From: Stegostoma tigrinum | Taxonomy: Eukaryota | Length of the DNA: 64,000 nucleotides | Reading direction: 5' to 3' | NCBI RefSeq assembly: GCF_030684315.1 | Contig: NC_081386.1 | Span: forward strand, 17,369,914-17,433,913 | Shown here: piece by piece, positions 1 through 11,830 of the stretch | How positions within the stretch are numbered: position 1 is the first letter of the stretch | Layout: every line of letters starts with the position of its first letter | Position numbers and translations under genes: made by a program | The notes under the pieces: generated by a model | What the model saw: the letters and a program-made list of their open reading frames with translations, nothing else | Databases searched by the model: none | What the model was told of the DNA's origin: nothing

Positions 1-1530
1 GATCAATACGAAGAGAAAGTGAAGCTCATCATTGCCAAGCATACTTAAAACAATTTAATATTCCATAATTTTTCTGAATTTTTTATAAAAATCCATATTA
101 AATGCTGCAATGTCATCAATGAGCCCTTCTGATAGTTAAAATGTGCATTTCTCATAATCTTAAGATCTGTGGGTAAATGAAAATGAAAACAGAAATAATT
201 ATATAAGATGATAAAATACCTCTGACTAAGAAAGCAATGCTGATGGGAATGAACAAGAGGTTAGAATACTTAGACCAGATGAATTTCAGCATTGTAGACA
301 AAGTAAATTAACAAGTATAACAATCTTTGTTCATCAATGTTATATGCTTACCAACATTATTCAGTGTTGACTGCAATGTTTTATTACCTTGTGTTACTTT
401 TCTCAGTTTCAAAGCTTTCTTCACTGTGTTATTGTAAACATTGTAAAATTTTGTTACTGGTATTTTAAAATGTTTGCAGTAAAATGTTAAACATTCTACT
501 ACACTGAGAAATAGAATCAGTTTTGTACAGTTACTTTTCATCCCATGCACAATTTCCCTGGCAGGAAGCTGTACAAGTGATCTGTTATTCGGTCACCATC
601 AATGCCATTCTTGAATCAAACAGTAGGAGATGCATGACTGCAGTTTAGAATAACATTCTTGATGTTTGCATTTCCTTGTAGGAAAGCATCAATCCTTTTA
701 TCAGCTCTCCAGATGGAAGTGCTGCAAATGGAAAATGCATCATTTGGGACACTGTGTAAAAATTCTTATCCAGGTGCTGCAAACCATATCCGAGCAAGTA
801 CTGTGAGCAAATTATTTCAATGTGTAATGAAGGCACAAATCAAATTGCCTTGTTGCATATGTCCATTGATGTTAGTTTTTTGATGGAATAAAGAAGAATA
901 TCTTTTGAAAAATATGATAATTATGGAATGCTCTTTTAGGAACATTTTGAAATTGAGTATTGCTTGTTTTGCACCTAAGGTGTAGAAAAGTTAAATTTCA
1001 ACATTAATTGCTGTGACATTAGTATACAAGGAGAAGCATTTCTATGCATATTTAAAATTATTTTAAAGATGTTAAATACAATAAATTTTGTTCACAAATA
1101 TAGAAGGTAATGTTGGCAGTGAAATTGCTAATTGTTATAGCTTTTATTTCACTGACTACAAGAAATACAATGGTAGAGTTTTTCACATAACAGTGAATGA
1201 ATGGGACACATTTACCACCCTATATCATTGTCAAGAAAAATGGTTAATTATTGGTCACAGAAATAGCGAAGCTCAATTTTCTTGTTTAAAGAACAGGTTT
1301 TAACCATATTCCCAAAAAAAACACCTGGCTGCACTGGTTAGTTACGTGTACTAACCACTGTAATCTGAATAACAATGTAATTTGGTGCTAACTCTTGCAG
1401 AAATGGTTTACAAATAATTTTGTTGAATATTTATACAAACATCTGAAAGAAGAAAATTTCAATCCCCTTGAATTAAGCTGAATTTAAATCTATAAAAGCG
1501 AAAGAGTTGAAAAAAAACTTCCATTTACAC

Positions 1531-1663
1531 GATAGATAACACAGTGTGGAGCTAGAGGAATACAGCAGGCCAGGCAGCATCAGAGGAGCCGGGAGGCTGA
1601 TATTTTGGGTCAGGACCCTTCTTCAGAAAGTTCAGACTCCAGCATTGGCAGTTCTTACAATCT
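1531..1663. mobile_element. Short Penelope-derived tail insertion with 13-bp TSD
   Basis: Flanked by CTTCCATTTACAC at 1518-1530 and 1664-1676. Sequence resembles the tails of the Penelope copies at 26.9 and 37.3 kb. Confidence 0.8.
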
Positions 1664-1689
1664 CTTCCATTTACACTAAATTTAACAAC

Positions 1690-2130
1690 ATTCCAAAGTG
1701 CTTAACAATCACTGACAAACTTTTGAAGTGCAGTCACCGTTCTCAAAGAAAGATTTGCATTAATGTAGCGTTTTTCGTGACTACTGGATGTTCCAAAGTG
1801 TTTTACAGCCGGTGAAGTAATTTTGATGGGTAGACTTTTGCAATATAGGGAACATAATATTCAATTTGCCCACTGCAGGCTTCCAAAACAGCAACGACCA
1901 GGTGACCTCTTTTCCCATTGTTCATTGAGGGTTAATTGTTGGCCAGGAGAACCGAGACCATTCTCCTACTCTTCTGTGCAATAGTGTTTTTTAATCTCTT
2001 ACATTCGGTTGAGAGAGCAGATGGTGCGTCAGTTTAACATTTCACAAAAAGTCAGCACCCCTGACAGATAGTACTTACCCTGTACTGAACTCAAGTAGCA
2101 GCAGTATTTTACATACATAATTCCAGAGTA
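1690..2130 (-). mobile_element. Degenerate Deu-domain (AmnSINE1/SacSINE1-like) SINE
   Basis: Resembles the remembered Deu core (...ggccaggagaac...ctcttctgtgcaatagtg...gagagagcagatgg...gtttaacatttcac...gcacccctgacag...). Confidence 0.6.
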
Positions 2131-2875
2131 AAACTTGTGACTCATAGGCAAGAACAATAAAATTCCAAATGTACAAATTGTCATCATGAATTTGGAGTCG
2201 GCGAAGTTTTCACAAGCTGCAATGTAAGTAACGACCAGAATTTGGTTGAAGGATACGTTTTGCCAAGTATTACGCTTAAGTATCAGCTCAGACCGTGCTC
2301 TGGAGTGAGTCAAATCAATATGAATTTTTAAAATGATGTTTACAATTGTTCTACTGCGTGGATGTCATCTAAAGCAGCGAAACTCAGTCTCACATCTTTT
2401 TGTAGATGTACGAAGGTCAGTATAGTTTCTTGTCAATGTTCCTTTAAGAAAGCTACAGGGTTACGAGGGCGCATGCCTACAACCACCAATCATAATTTCC
2501 TGCCAGATACTGGGCCTTTGTTTTCCTTTTTACATTAATTAGAGACACTGTTGTCCGATGCAACGCTGCGAAGAATAATTCGTGGCATTCTTCAGGGAAG
2601 CATATAATTTTGCGCAAATTAGTGAAAAAGTGTAAATTTAACTGACGAAAACATACTGTCTCTGCTGTTTATTTCTGTAATCTGCGGAGACTTCTTCTAG
2701 GAGCGACTGAACTCTAGTTCGAATGGAACCTCTACCGGCATGATATTCGTTTAAATGCATCCTTTATAATTTTCCAGGCAGCACTTTTTTTTTCCCCGGG
2801 GTCGCAGCAAACAGGTAAGTCATTCTGGAGAGCTGGTAGGGTGAGGGTGGAGACGCGCAGGCGTGGGTGCAGGCT

Positions 2876-2885
2876 GTGACGTCAC
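2876..2885. promoter_or_regulatory. Full palindromic cAMP response element (GTGACGTCAC)
   Basis: Exact TGACGTCA at 2877-2884 inside the CpG island. Nearby: NRF1-like GCGCAGGCG (2855), YY1-like CATGGCGGC (2903), forkhead TGTAAACA (2941). Confidence 0.65.
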
Positions 2886-3071
2886 GGGGAGGCTGGCGGT
2901 GTCATGGCGGCTGCCGGTCAGCGGCTCGGAGTGTTTTCCATGTAAACAGCTCGACGGCTCGTCCTCTCCTCTCCCTCCCTCCCTCCACCCCCCTTTTCCC
3001 TCCACCATCCCTCCCTCCTTCCCTCCCCCCCCCCCGCCGCCCCGACCACCCACCCCCTCCCCCAACCTACA

Positions 3072-3101
3072 GCGCGCGCGCGCGCGCGCATACACACATA
3101 C
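3072..3101. repeat. (GC)9 plus alternating purine/pyrimidine tract
   Basis: GCGCGCGCGCGCGCGCGC ATACACACATAC read directly. Confidence 0.9.
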
Positions 3102-3117
3102 TCGCACACCCCGCCTC

Positions 3118-3876
3118 ATGGAATGTCATGACGGTGCCGAGCGGGGCGGCTTGGCCGTGGAGTTCGCCGGAACCGCGCCGAGCATTCGGGGCGATGGCGG
3201 CAACGGGCGGCTGAAAGGCTCCTGCCGGCCCGGGGAGGCCGCCGCCCCCGCCCCCGCCCCTAACCCCACCCCCGGCCCTGGTGCTGCTCCGAGTACCGGG
3301 ACACACCTGGGCTGGGAGGAGAGTGACAAGGTGCAGGACGCCGCTGTTACGGAGAAAGTGAGGGACGAGGGAGACCAGAAAAACTTGGTAAACAAGATGG
3401 GCGAGCTGTGCGCTGACGCTGAGAGTGACTTAGCTAAAGGAGCCCTGCCTGGCCTGCCACAGCCACAGCAACCGCCCGCGCCGCAGACGGACGCTCAGAT
3501 CCAGGAGAAAAGCAGCCCTAGTAAAATCCCTGAGGGTGACCAAAATCATAGTGCCAGTGACCAAAGCCTGCCTGGAGAATCGCAAAGCATTGACTCATTA
3601 GAGTCCTTTTCGAATCTGAACTCCTGCCCGAGCTCTGACTTGAACAGTGAAGGAGCTGAAGACCGGGCTCTGGCTCTTGCTTTACAAACTGAAGAGTATA
3701 ATAGCAAGGATGGTGTAGCCAAACCATCTAGTTCGAAGGAGAGATTCCCCGGACAGTCAGTCTATCACATTAAGTGGATCAAGTGGAAAACCGAAAACAC
3801 GCCCATTATTACACAGAATGAAAATGGCCCTTGTCCATTGCTGGCAATTATGAACGTTCTTCTTTTAGAATGGAAG
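3118..3876 (+). CDS. MINDY2: MINDY2 coding exon 1: disordered N-terminus plus start of the MINDY catalytic domain (catalytic Cys codon 3832-3834)
   Basis: ATG at 3118. Translation ends KERFPGQSVYHIKWIKWKTENTPIITQNENGPCPLLAIMNVLLLEWK, with the NGPCPL catalytic motif. Donor AAG|GTATAT at 3877, phase 0. Confidence 0.93.
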
Positions 3877-4422
3877 GTATATTTAGAAATATTAATAGCA
3901 CCTAAATGCTAGCACTAAATACTTTAGTATGGTACTTTAATACATGGTGATACGTATTCACTTGTAGCTTGTAGCATACATCACAACTTAGTGGCATGCA
4001 TTGGCTCTAGTCCACCTACACTTGGATTTTTTTTCAAAAAGATTTTTGCATTCACACTTCTGGACCATGCCTTTCACTATCTCTGTAAACACCATGCTAC
4101 AGTGCTCCGAGGAAAGCAATCCTGGAGCTTGGGACCTACGTGACTGAGGGTAATAATGGGTGAACAATATGGGTGATGCACAAATAGCCAGAGTTGGAGG
4201 CACACTTCCTGAACCTGGCTAGTTCTCCTCCTCTAAGATACTACTTAACATCTATGCTTTGTCTCATGCCCTAACATCGTCCTTTGGTTCAAAGTCAATT
4301 TTTGCCTGATTATACCTGTTAAGTTAGTGAGATTTACAATGTTGAAGGGGTGTTCAATCTAAGTTTTCATTGCTTAAATCTTTTCATAAAATCTGATTTT
4401 TCAATACACATTTTTATTATAG

Positions 4423-4480
4423 ATTAAACTTCCACCTATGATGGAAATTATAACAGCAGAACAGTTAATGGAATACTTGG
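4423..4480 (+). CDS. MINDY2: MINDY2 coding exon 2
   Basis: ttattatAG|ATT, encodes IKLPPMMEIITAEQLMEYL(G), donor G|GTAAGA; 58 bp. Confidence 0.96.
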
Positions 4481-7400
4481 GTAAGATGGCTTTTTTTTAT
4501 TGATAAGGGGATATTTTCATTTAAAATGAAATCTTTGTGTATATTTTGTTTAGATACTGACCATGAAACAACTTGTGATAGTCATTTGTATCCTTGTTGA
4601 TTTTCCTGTTAATCACTTGAAAGATTGCATCCTGCTTGGTTTTTTGTAGCTATTTTATTGCAGAGTTATAATTGCCTTTATTGAATGCTAAATGGCCCTT
4701 TTATAATATTTTTGAGATCATCAGGTTTGTGTCTTTGGCCAACTAATGTTCTGTTTCATCAATAGTATGCTCTCCATTATAGGAACAGAAGTAGTGCTGG
4801 CTCAAAATTGCGTACTTTTAAGCTCTGGTTCATGTACCATTCATGATCGGGTAATGGCTATCTTCATGATAGCCCAGTCATTTTTAAATGATCAGTAATA
4901 CTGCCTTCATAGCATCCCCTCCATCAATATTTTGAGTCACCTATGACTGGAAAATCAACAGCAACAATCTCAAATATAGTGGCTGCATGAGCAGGTATTT
5001 GATTAAGATTCACTTGTTTAAATACGCCAAAGTTCCTCTTGTCAACAGTGCATAAGTCAATTTGTTGGAATAGGTGCTGCTTCAACGACGATCAAGCACC
5101 TTGATACTGTCCAGTAGAAAGCAGTTTAATTAGTATCCAATCGATTTTCTTAAAAGGCTCATTCCTTGCATCATTGTTGTACTATGATCTAGAGTGCACT
5201 GCCAGAAAGGACAATATAAGCAGATTCTGAAGGAAATTAGATGGATACTTGAAAAGGAAAACATTTTCGGAACAATAGAACAAGATCAGGCCAGCCGATA
5301 TCAGCATGGTGTATCAGTTAGTTTCCTATGCTGAGATTTAATGTACTGCTGGAATTCCCAAACATCTGACCATTGCCTGGAAGAACAAGGCAATAGGTGC
5401 ATGGCAGCACCAGAATCTCCATAGTTCTGTCTGTTTTTAACCATTCTGATTTCAGCCTGGACTACTTTAATTCTGCATCTCTGATCGAAGTCCTGGAATT
5501 CACAATTTGAACATCTATTTTTGTTAGGTTGTGTAGATTTCTCTGAAAAGAAATCTCTTAAGCCAGTGCAGCAGTTGATGGACTTTTAGGTGCAAGTTTT
5601 GTTGACTGCAGTTTGATTTTTACCTGTGCTCGTTTGAATTCTGTTGTCTAGAATCAGACCCTGCCCAAAGCCTCCCCAGGATGATAAATCTCTTCTGGAT
5701 GTTTTCAAGATTCCTGCTCACTTGCATGCTGTTGAGGAGGCTCCAATATTTAGACTGGTTCTTTTCATTGCAAGGATACTCGTGCTAAAAGCTTTTTAGT
5801 GTAATTATTGAAATTTGCTAAGGAACTGACTCTCTTGTGTCTCAGTATAACTGGGAAATGGTTCTGCACATTTTTGAAATAAGTGTCAGCAATTTTAAAA
5901 TTGGCTTACTCTTCAGTGATAGATTAACTTTGTAATTAAAAGCCCATTTTCTGTCCTGAATCCACTTTTATTTTTATAAAGCACACTGCACTGAATTACC
6001 ACTCTTAAGTAAACCAAGAATTAGTTTTGATGAAAAATTTACAAGATCTAAAATGGAGACCAATTGCCCACGACAGTTTTTTTTTTGTGCACTAATGTGC
6101 ATATGAATTTGAGTGGAAACTTGAAGAAAGGGTAATGCTTTCCAACCAGCTGTACCATGTGCCCATTTTGCTGACTTCAATCAGCAGAACTTCCACTTTG
6201 AAACAGTGGTAAATTAATAAAACTGTAACCAAGCGTGGCATGAAAAAATTCAATTCAATAGATCCGTTGAGCCCAATCCTGCACAGACAGTTGAAGAATT
6301 TTTGAGAGTGAACAATGACATCAAAGGCACATTTGAAGTTTAATGTGACGTAAAGATGTCAGGAGTTAGAGAAGGCTAAATAAATTGGGAAATCATGGTT
6401 AATTAATATTGATCTTACAGCAAGGAGGAATGATGAACAAAACTAGTTCCAAATTCATTCCTGCAAGAGTGAATTAAGTACAAAATTGATATGAATTTTG
6501 ATTTTAACAAAGCAACAATGCAGTTTGTTGCAAGTGTATTAGAAGTAAATTATAGCTTGAATTGGATAGAAATATGGAATTTAAAGAAAGCATAGTACCG
6601 ATACTGTGATTTTTTTGAAACAATTAATGTATTGAATTATTATTTAATTGTGAGGGAAGAGTAAGTTCATTTATTGGATTGCAATTGTTTTTTTGACTTT
6701 TATCTTGTCCCCAGAGTGAGAGAAACTCCAGATAGGGGCAATGTTGAAGGCATGGAGGTATTGGAATTCTTGTGGGTAAAGCAATTTGTTAAAACAAAAC
6801 AGGAAACATGATGGATTTATGGATTAGTAAGTTCAGTTACCGACAAAAGAGATCGACGTAGAAGGCCTGAACATGGAATCTGTGACTGGACTTCGAAGCC
6901 AGTAGCTTCCTAGTTATAACAGCACTTGTAATCTTCTAAAATGAGTTTCTGTTGATGTTATCATTGGTAACCTTAAGCTGAACAAAATGTCTTTCAAAGA
7001 TTTAAAAACTTGATTTTTATTGCTGCATTTGGAGTGAAGAGCAGATTATGCTTCTGTTATTGCAATATGGGGACTGGTGTTTATGATGCTTAGATAGTCG
7101 CCCTGAAGGAAGCCAAAAGTGTCATACGAATTGCTAACAAATTAGAGTGAGTTTGTAGGATGAGTGAAAAGATCATTGATATGATCTGATGTTCTAATGT
7201 ATGAGCTCTTGGCTATAACGGAACGCTTAATAGGAAAGTAGATAGTCAGAAACCAGGTAGCAAGCTATATGGTTAAAATTAGTTGTATGTACAAGCTGCC
7301 AAACACTGTCAGAAGCTTGGAAACATGTGAAATAGTAACTTGATTGACCTGTGTTGATGAGGAAAGTTCCTAGAATATGTGATGGAGGCTGTAAAATCAT

Positions 7401-8599
7401 TAACGTGGACTTTCCAGCAGCCACCCTTGTCAGAATATATCAGACAAAACTTTAAATTTGCTACATGGAGCATGGATCTCAATTTATTATTACCTGAAAA
7501 ATATGTACCTTGCATCATTTCTGAGGTGGGAAATTTTAAATCTGCTGGTGCCCACTAATATAAAACAAAATGAATTTTGGAGATCGTTTTAAATTTGAAT
7601 TTTGACTTTTGCATTTTGACATATTTTCTTGGTCCTGAATACAAAATCTTTAATATTTGTAATGAAGCATTTTTGTGTGCTTCTCGTTGCAACATCATTT
7701 CAGTACTTATCCTATTGGACATTTCACGTCCCTGTTCTTTATTTTGTTTTTCCATCTGATGCCCCCGTTATGTTTGACAGAACATTTGGAAACTGAAATA
7801 GCACTCACCTGTCTTTGAAATAAAGGGAATTTGTTTTGGAAAATGAAACTTTAATTTAAAAAAGACTGCATGTCATTGACTTTTTATGCCAGTGTTTTGT
7901 CATCTTGTGTGCCAAGAAATCCAGAACTGTTAATTGTAGGATCTTGTAGCAATATTAGATTACTGAACAAACTAAATAACAACTTGACTCTGGTACACAT
8001 TCCCTAAGAAAATATGGAGACTTTAAACTGAATATTGAGGACAGGGTTGCTATGGTTGTAAACAACTGTCATTTTAAAGTAACTGAGTCACAGCTATTGA
8101 TAGCTCTTTCAGAAAAGCCTATTTACCTACTATTAAGGGGTTAAACTCTAGAGAGTTTTGATCAGAAGTTTTAAGTTGCTAGAATATCTGTAGTATTTCT
8201 CTGTAGCAAGCGGCAGATTGCATTGGGTGTTTTGGACCGCTGCAGATTCCTTGGATGCAGCCACTAGTGCCGTTTAGATTATTTGACAGAAACCGTGTGG
8301 GTTGATATTACTCTGCCAGTTTTGATGACATGATTGGGCATTTTATATTGTTGTTTCTCATTTTATTATTTCATCTGATGCTACTGTTGGTCTAGCAGTT
8401 GTTGCAGAACACTGAAAAAGGTGTTTTGTTTCTCAGCCCCTGATATCACTTGCATTGAATTTAAAAGCCTGAATTTTTTTTGTCGTGCTGAAATGATGGT
8501 GTATGTCTCTGACCTTTTGAAAATGTTGCCCACCAAGATCTCATTATCTTTAAGGACAGCTCTCTTTGACGTCATTTGCAAACACCATTGCTTTCCCAG

Positions 8600-8710
8600 T
8601 CATCCAAGGATCTTGAGGTTGGTTGGCATGCTGGGCTGGTTTGTTGTTTTGCAGACGTTTCGTTACCATGCTTGGTAACACCCTCAGTGCAGCCTCCGAT
8701 GAAGCTTCAT
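8600..8710 (-). mobile_element. Penelope-like 3' tail fragment with hammerhead-like motif
   Basis: Minus strand reads gcaCTGAGGGt-GTTACC-aagcat-GGTAAC-GAAACGTC-tgca. Same family as the tail at 14040-14120. Confidence 0.7.
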
Positions 8711-8879
8711 CGTAATGTTAAAGGAAGTAACACATAAAGAGCAAAGGTGAAAGCGATGACGAATAGAGCACCTATGGCTAGAAACAAATGGGTATTGATA
8801 ATATTTTTAATGAGTATTGAAATTATTTCTGAGAAAGCAATATTTTAATACTGTTTGTAATTTTACTTTATTTTAATAG

Positions 8880-8944
8880 GTGACTACATTCTCGATGCAA
8901 AGCCAAAAGAAATCAATGATGTTCAGAGATTAAACTATGAGCAG
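8880..8944 (+). CDS. MINDY2: MINDY2 coding exon 3
   Basis: ttttaatAG|G, encodes (G)DYILDAKPKEINDVQRLNYEQ, donor CAG|GTACAA; 65 bp restores phase 0. Confidence 0.96.
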
Positions 8945-10039
8945 GTACAAATTTAATGGTTTGTTGGTTATATGTCTGTAGTCGATGAGGTCTTTGTGAA
9001 AGGAAAGAGACAGTTGAAAATCCGCATAGAACTGATGCTGTAAATGTTGTCGATGTATGTTGAAAACAAACTGAAGGCTATGGAATCAGGAAGCTTACAC
9101 TTAAAGAACTCTTTGATCAAGAGAAACTTTGGATTTTGCTCTTTTGCAGTGAAGTGCTGGAAAAGTTTTGATATGAACATTGCATTTTAATATTTTATCG
9201 ACAGGCACATTTATGGAACACCCAGACATAGGAAGGCTATAAACATATTTTACCCCCAGGATCCAAGTATTTGAAGTTGCTCATTTCTGCAATACACTTT
9301 TTTGTTTTCTACTCTACACTTGGATCAATATATCATCCCATAGAAATGTCTATCATGTCACTTTGACGAATTTCTTTCATGTGTAGCTATTTTCTAGTTT
9401 AAAAATAGCAATGCTAAGTTAAACCGCAATGAAAGTAAGATGAACCTGCAGCATACTGCTGAGCTGAATACTTTGGAAAGTTTTCTTTTGGTGAGACTTA
9501 GTTTTCTAATGCAAAATACTTTACTGTCAGAATAGCTTGAATTGTTCATTTAGTCAGACAAAAATGTTTATTTGAGCACTTTCTAATTTGTCGGTAAGTT
9601 AGGCAGAAAACAATTTTTAATGTTCATTTTCTAGCATACACTACCATTTATTTCCAAAAAAATTTAACTAGATCAGTAGGCTCATGGGACTGCTTGTTTC
9701 ACATGGAGTTGCTGCAGGTCTTCATGTGGGAACCAGAGTGTGGACTGCCTATTGAAACTACACAACATTATGGCTTTCACAAGTTAAGCTTTGGAGAAAT
9801 GTGCGCATCCTAATTTTAAGTTGAAGACATGATTAATTTCACGTACGAAGAATTACCAGCACAAAAGAAAATGTTCCAGTGCTACAAAAGGCGTAAACTG
9901 GGGAAAAAGGCTGACTCTGTTCCGAAGATTTCCTCTCTAAAATGCATCCGAGTAAATGGGTGATGGTTTGGCTTGGTTTTGGCTGCAATGATGCCCACAG
10001 AGATGCAGAGCCAAAACTCTTCCAAGTAATTTTCAAAAG

Positions 10040-11830
10040 TTTAGATTTCCTACCTCAGCTACCCACTCAGGCAGTGCATTCCAGTATCCACCATCCTCTG
10101 GGTGAAAAAAGGTTTTCCTCAAGTCCCCTCTAAACCTCCTGCCTTTACTTTTAAAATTATGTCGCCATGCATTGACCCATCAACTAAGGGGAACAGTTGC
10201 TTTGTATTTACCTTTTCCATGCTCATCATCTTGTACATCTCACAGGTCCTCTGTTAACTTGCAATACTCCCAGAAGCCAGCCTCTGTCTTAGGGCTGAAA
10301 TGCTCCATTCCAGGCAATGTGCTTTTGAATCCCTTGGCACTCCTTCCAGTGTTAGATTCTCCTAATAGGACTATCAGAAATGTTGTCCATGTTTCCTGTC
10401 TCCCACAGTCAGGTTTGTTCACCTGGATGGCCTTCGACTCAACTCATCATACTGTCTTTGGACTCAGTTGACTCGTCGACTGCGGATCCTGGGATACTTA
10501 ATTACAGAAATTGTTTATGGATCTTCCTATTCTGACACTGTCCCACTCTTAAAAACCACATCACCTGCCTACTCCACTAAAATCCATTTTTTACTTCGAG
10601 ATAAGAAATTGAAGCAAGAATGAGCCATTAAGCCCTTCACACCTGTCCCACCACTCAACAAGATGATGACAGATCTTCCCTCGGCTTCAACTCATTTTTT
10701 TTTGGGCCACCTTATAATATCCCTCAACTCCCCAATATTTCAAAAAGAAATGATCTACCACCTCTTTAAATACTTTGTGATCTAACCTCCTCAATTCATT
10801 GGGATGGAGAATGCCAGACATTGACTATCCTTTGAGAGAAGAAATGCCTTTACATCTTACATGCTTGTTGGCTAATTTCCGCTCCACAATGGCAGTGGAG
10901 GGCTCCTGTGTCAGAGCTTGTCTATTTTGACTGCCTTACTTTCTCTTTTACTGTTTCTTCTTGTCTGTTTTCTGTTTTTTTCTTAACTTGTCCTGAGCTT
11001 GGATGGCATTGGTGGCGGCAAGAGGCCAGCACATGGGAGTGCCCTGGGCCCGCTGACTTGGGGTGAGCGTACCACGGATATTGAACGAGCTCACCGCAGG
11101 CAGGCGAGTGAACCACTACGTGGTTTTCAGGATCAAGCGTGGGATCCGCAGGGCATCAAAATGCCTACTACATCAGCAGAGGCAAGATAGTCCCAGTGGT
11201 AAAAGATGGCGCCTGAGGTTTGGCGACATTGTTGGTTGGATCTGGTGCTTGCAAAGCAGTGGCATAAGGGCATCATGGCAACATTGAGGTGGGCTCAGTG
11301 GCGTGAGGTGCAACATATGATTTTGTTCTTTTTAAACTCCAGGCTCCTTGGGTAAAAACCAAAATTCCACTTACCACCTTATCTATTTGCTCTACCAGCA
11401 ATTTTTTGTTTGTTGTTTCATGCACAAGAACCTGACATCCTTCTGCACTCCACTTTCTTGGTTTTCTCTCCATTTAAATAATTGTCTGCCACTTGATTGT
11501 TCTACCAATTGTTTGACTTCACACCTGCCCACATTAATTTCCATTTGCTAAGTTTGTGCCCACTTACTCTATCTACCCATATGCCTTTGAGATTCATTGT
11601 GCATTCAGTGCAACATGCCCCACCACGTATTTTTGTATTTTCAGTAAATTTGGACATGTTGTATATGCCCCCTTCTCCAAGTCATTAACATAGATAGTGA
11701 ATGACTGAGACATGAGGACTGATCGTTGTGGCACACCAGTAGTTATGTCTTTCCAACCTGAAGAAGATCCCAATAATCCTGGTTCTTTGTATTTTGTGTT
11801 AACTAATCCTGAGTGGATGCTGCTACCTTG
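10040..11830 (-). mobile_element. Cluster of old CR1-type fragments, interrupted by a GC-rich insert at about 10870-11340
   Basis: Repeated CR1-tail phrases (cattccagtatccaccatcctctgggtgaaaaa; gaagcaagaatgagccattaagccc). Confidence 0.6.

Larger units (their letters stand above)
2790..3500 (+). promoter_or_regulatory. CpG island / promoter and first exon of MINDY2
   Basis: Abrupt GC- and CpG-rich stretch in an AT-rich, CpG-depleted background, overlapping the start codon. Confidence 0.88.

Noticed and set aside
1-1500. Possible ADAM10 first exon or other upstream gene
   Set aside because: AT-rich sequence with no recognisable exon, signal peptide or CpG island.
2863-3117. 85-codon N-terminal extension of MINDY2 in the ORF track
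   Set aside because: It starts at GTG and merely translates the C-rich and (GC)n leader. The first in-frame ATG is 3118.
2820-3395. Several overlapping antisense or alternative-frame ORFs
   Set aside because: Expected stop-poor frames in a GC-rich island; no recognisable protein.
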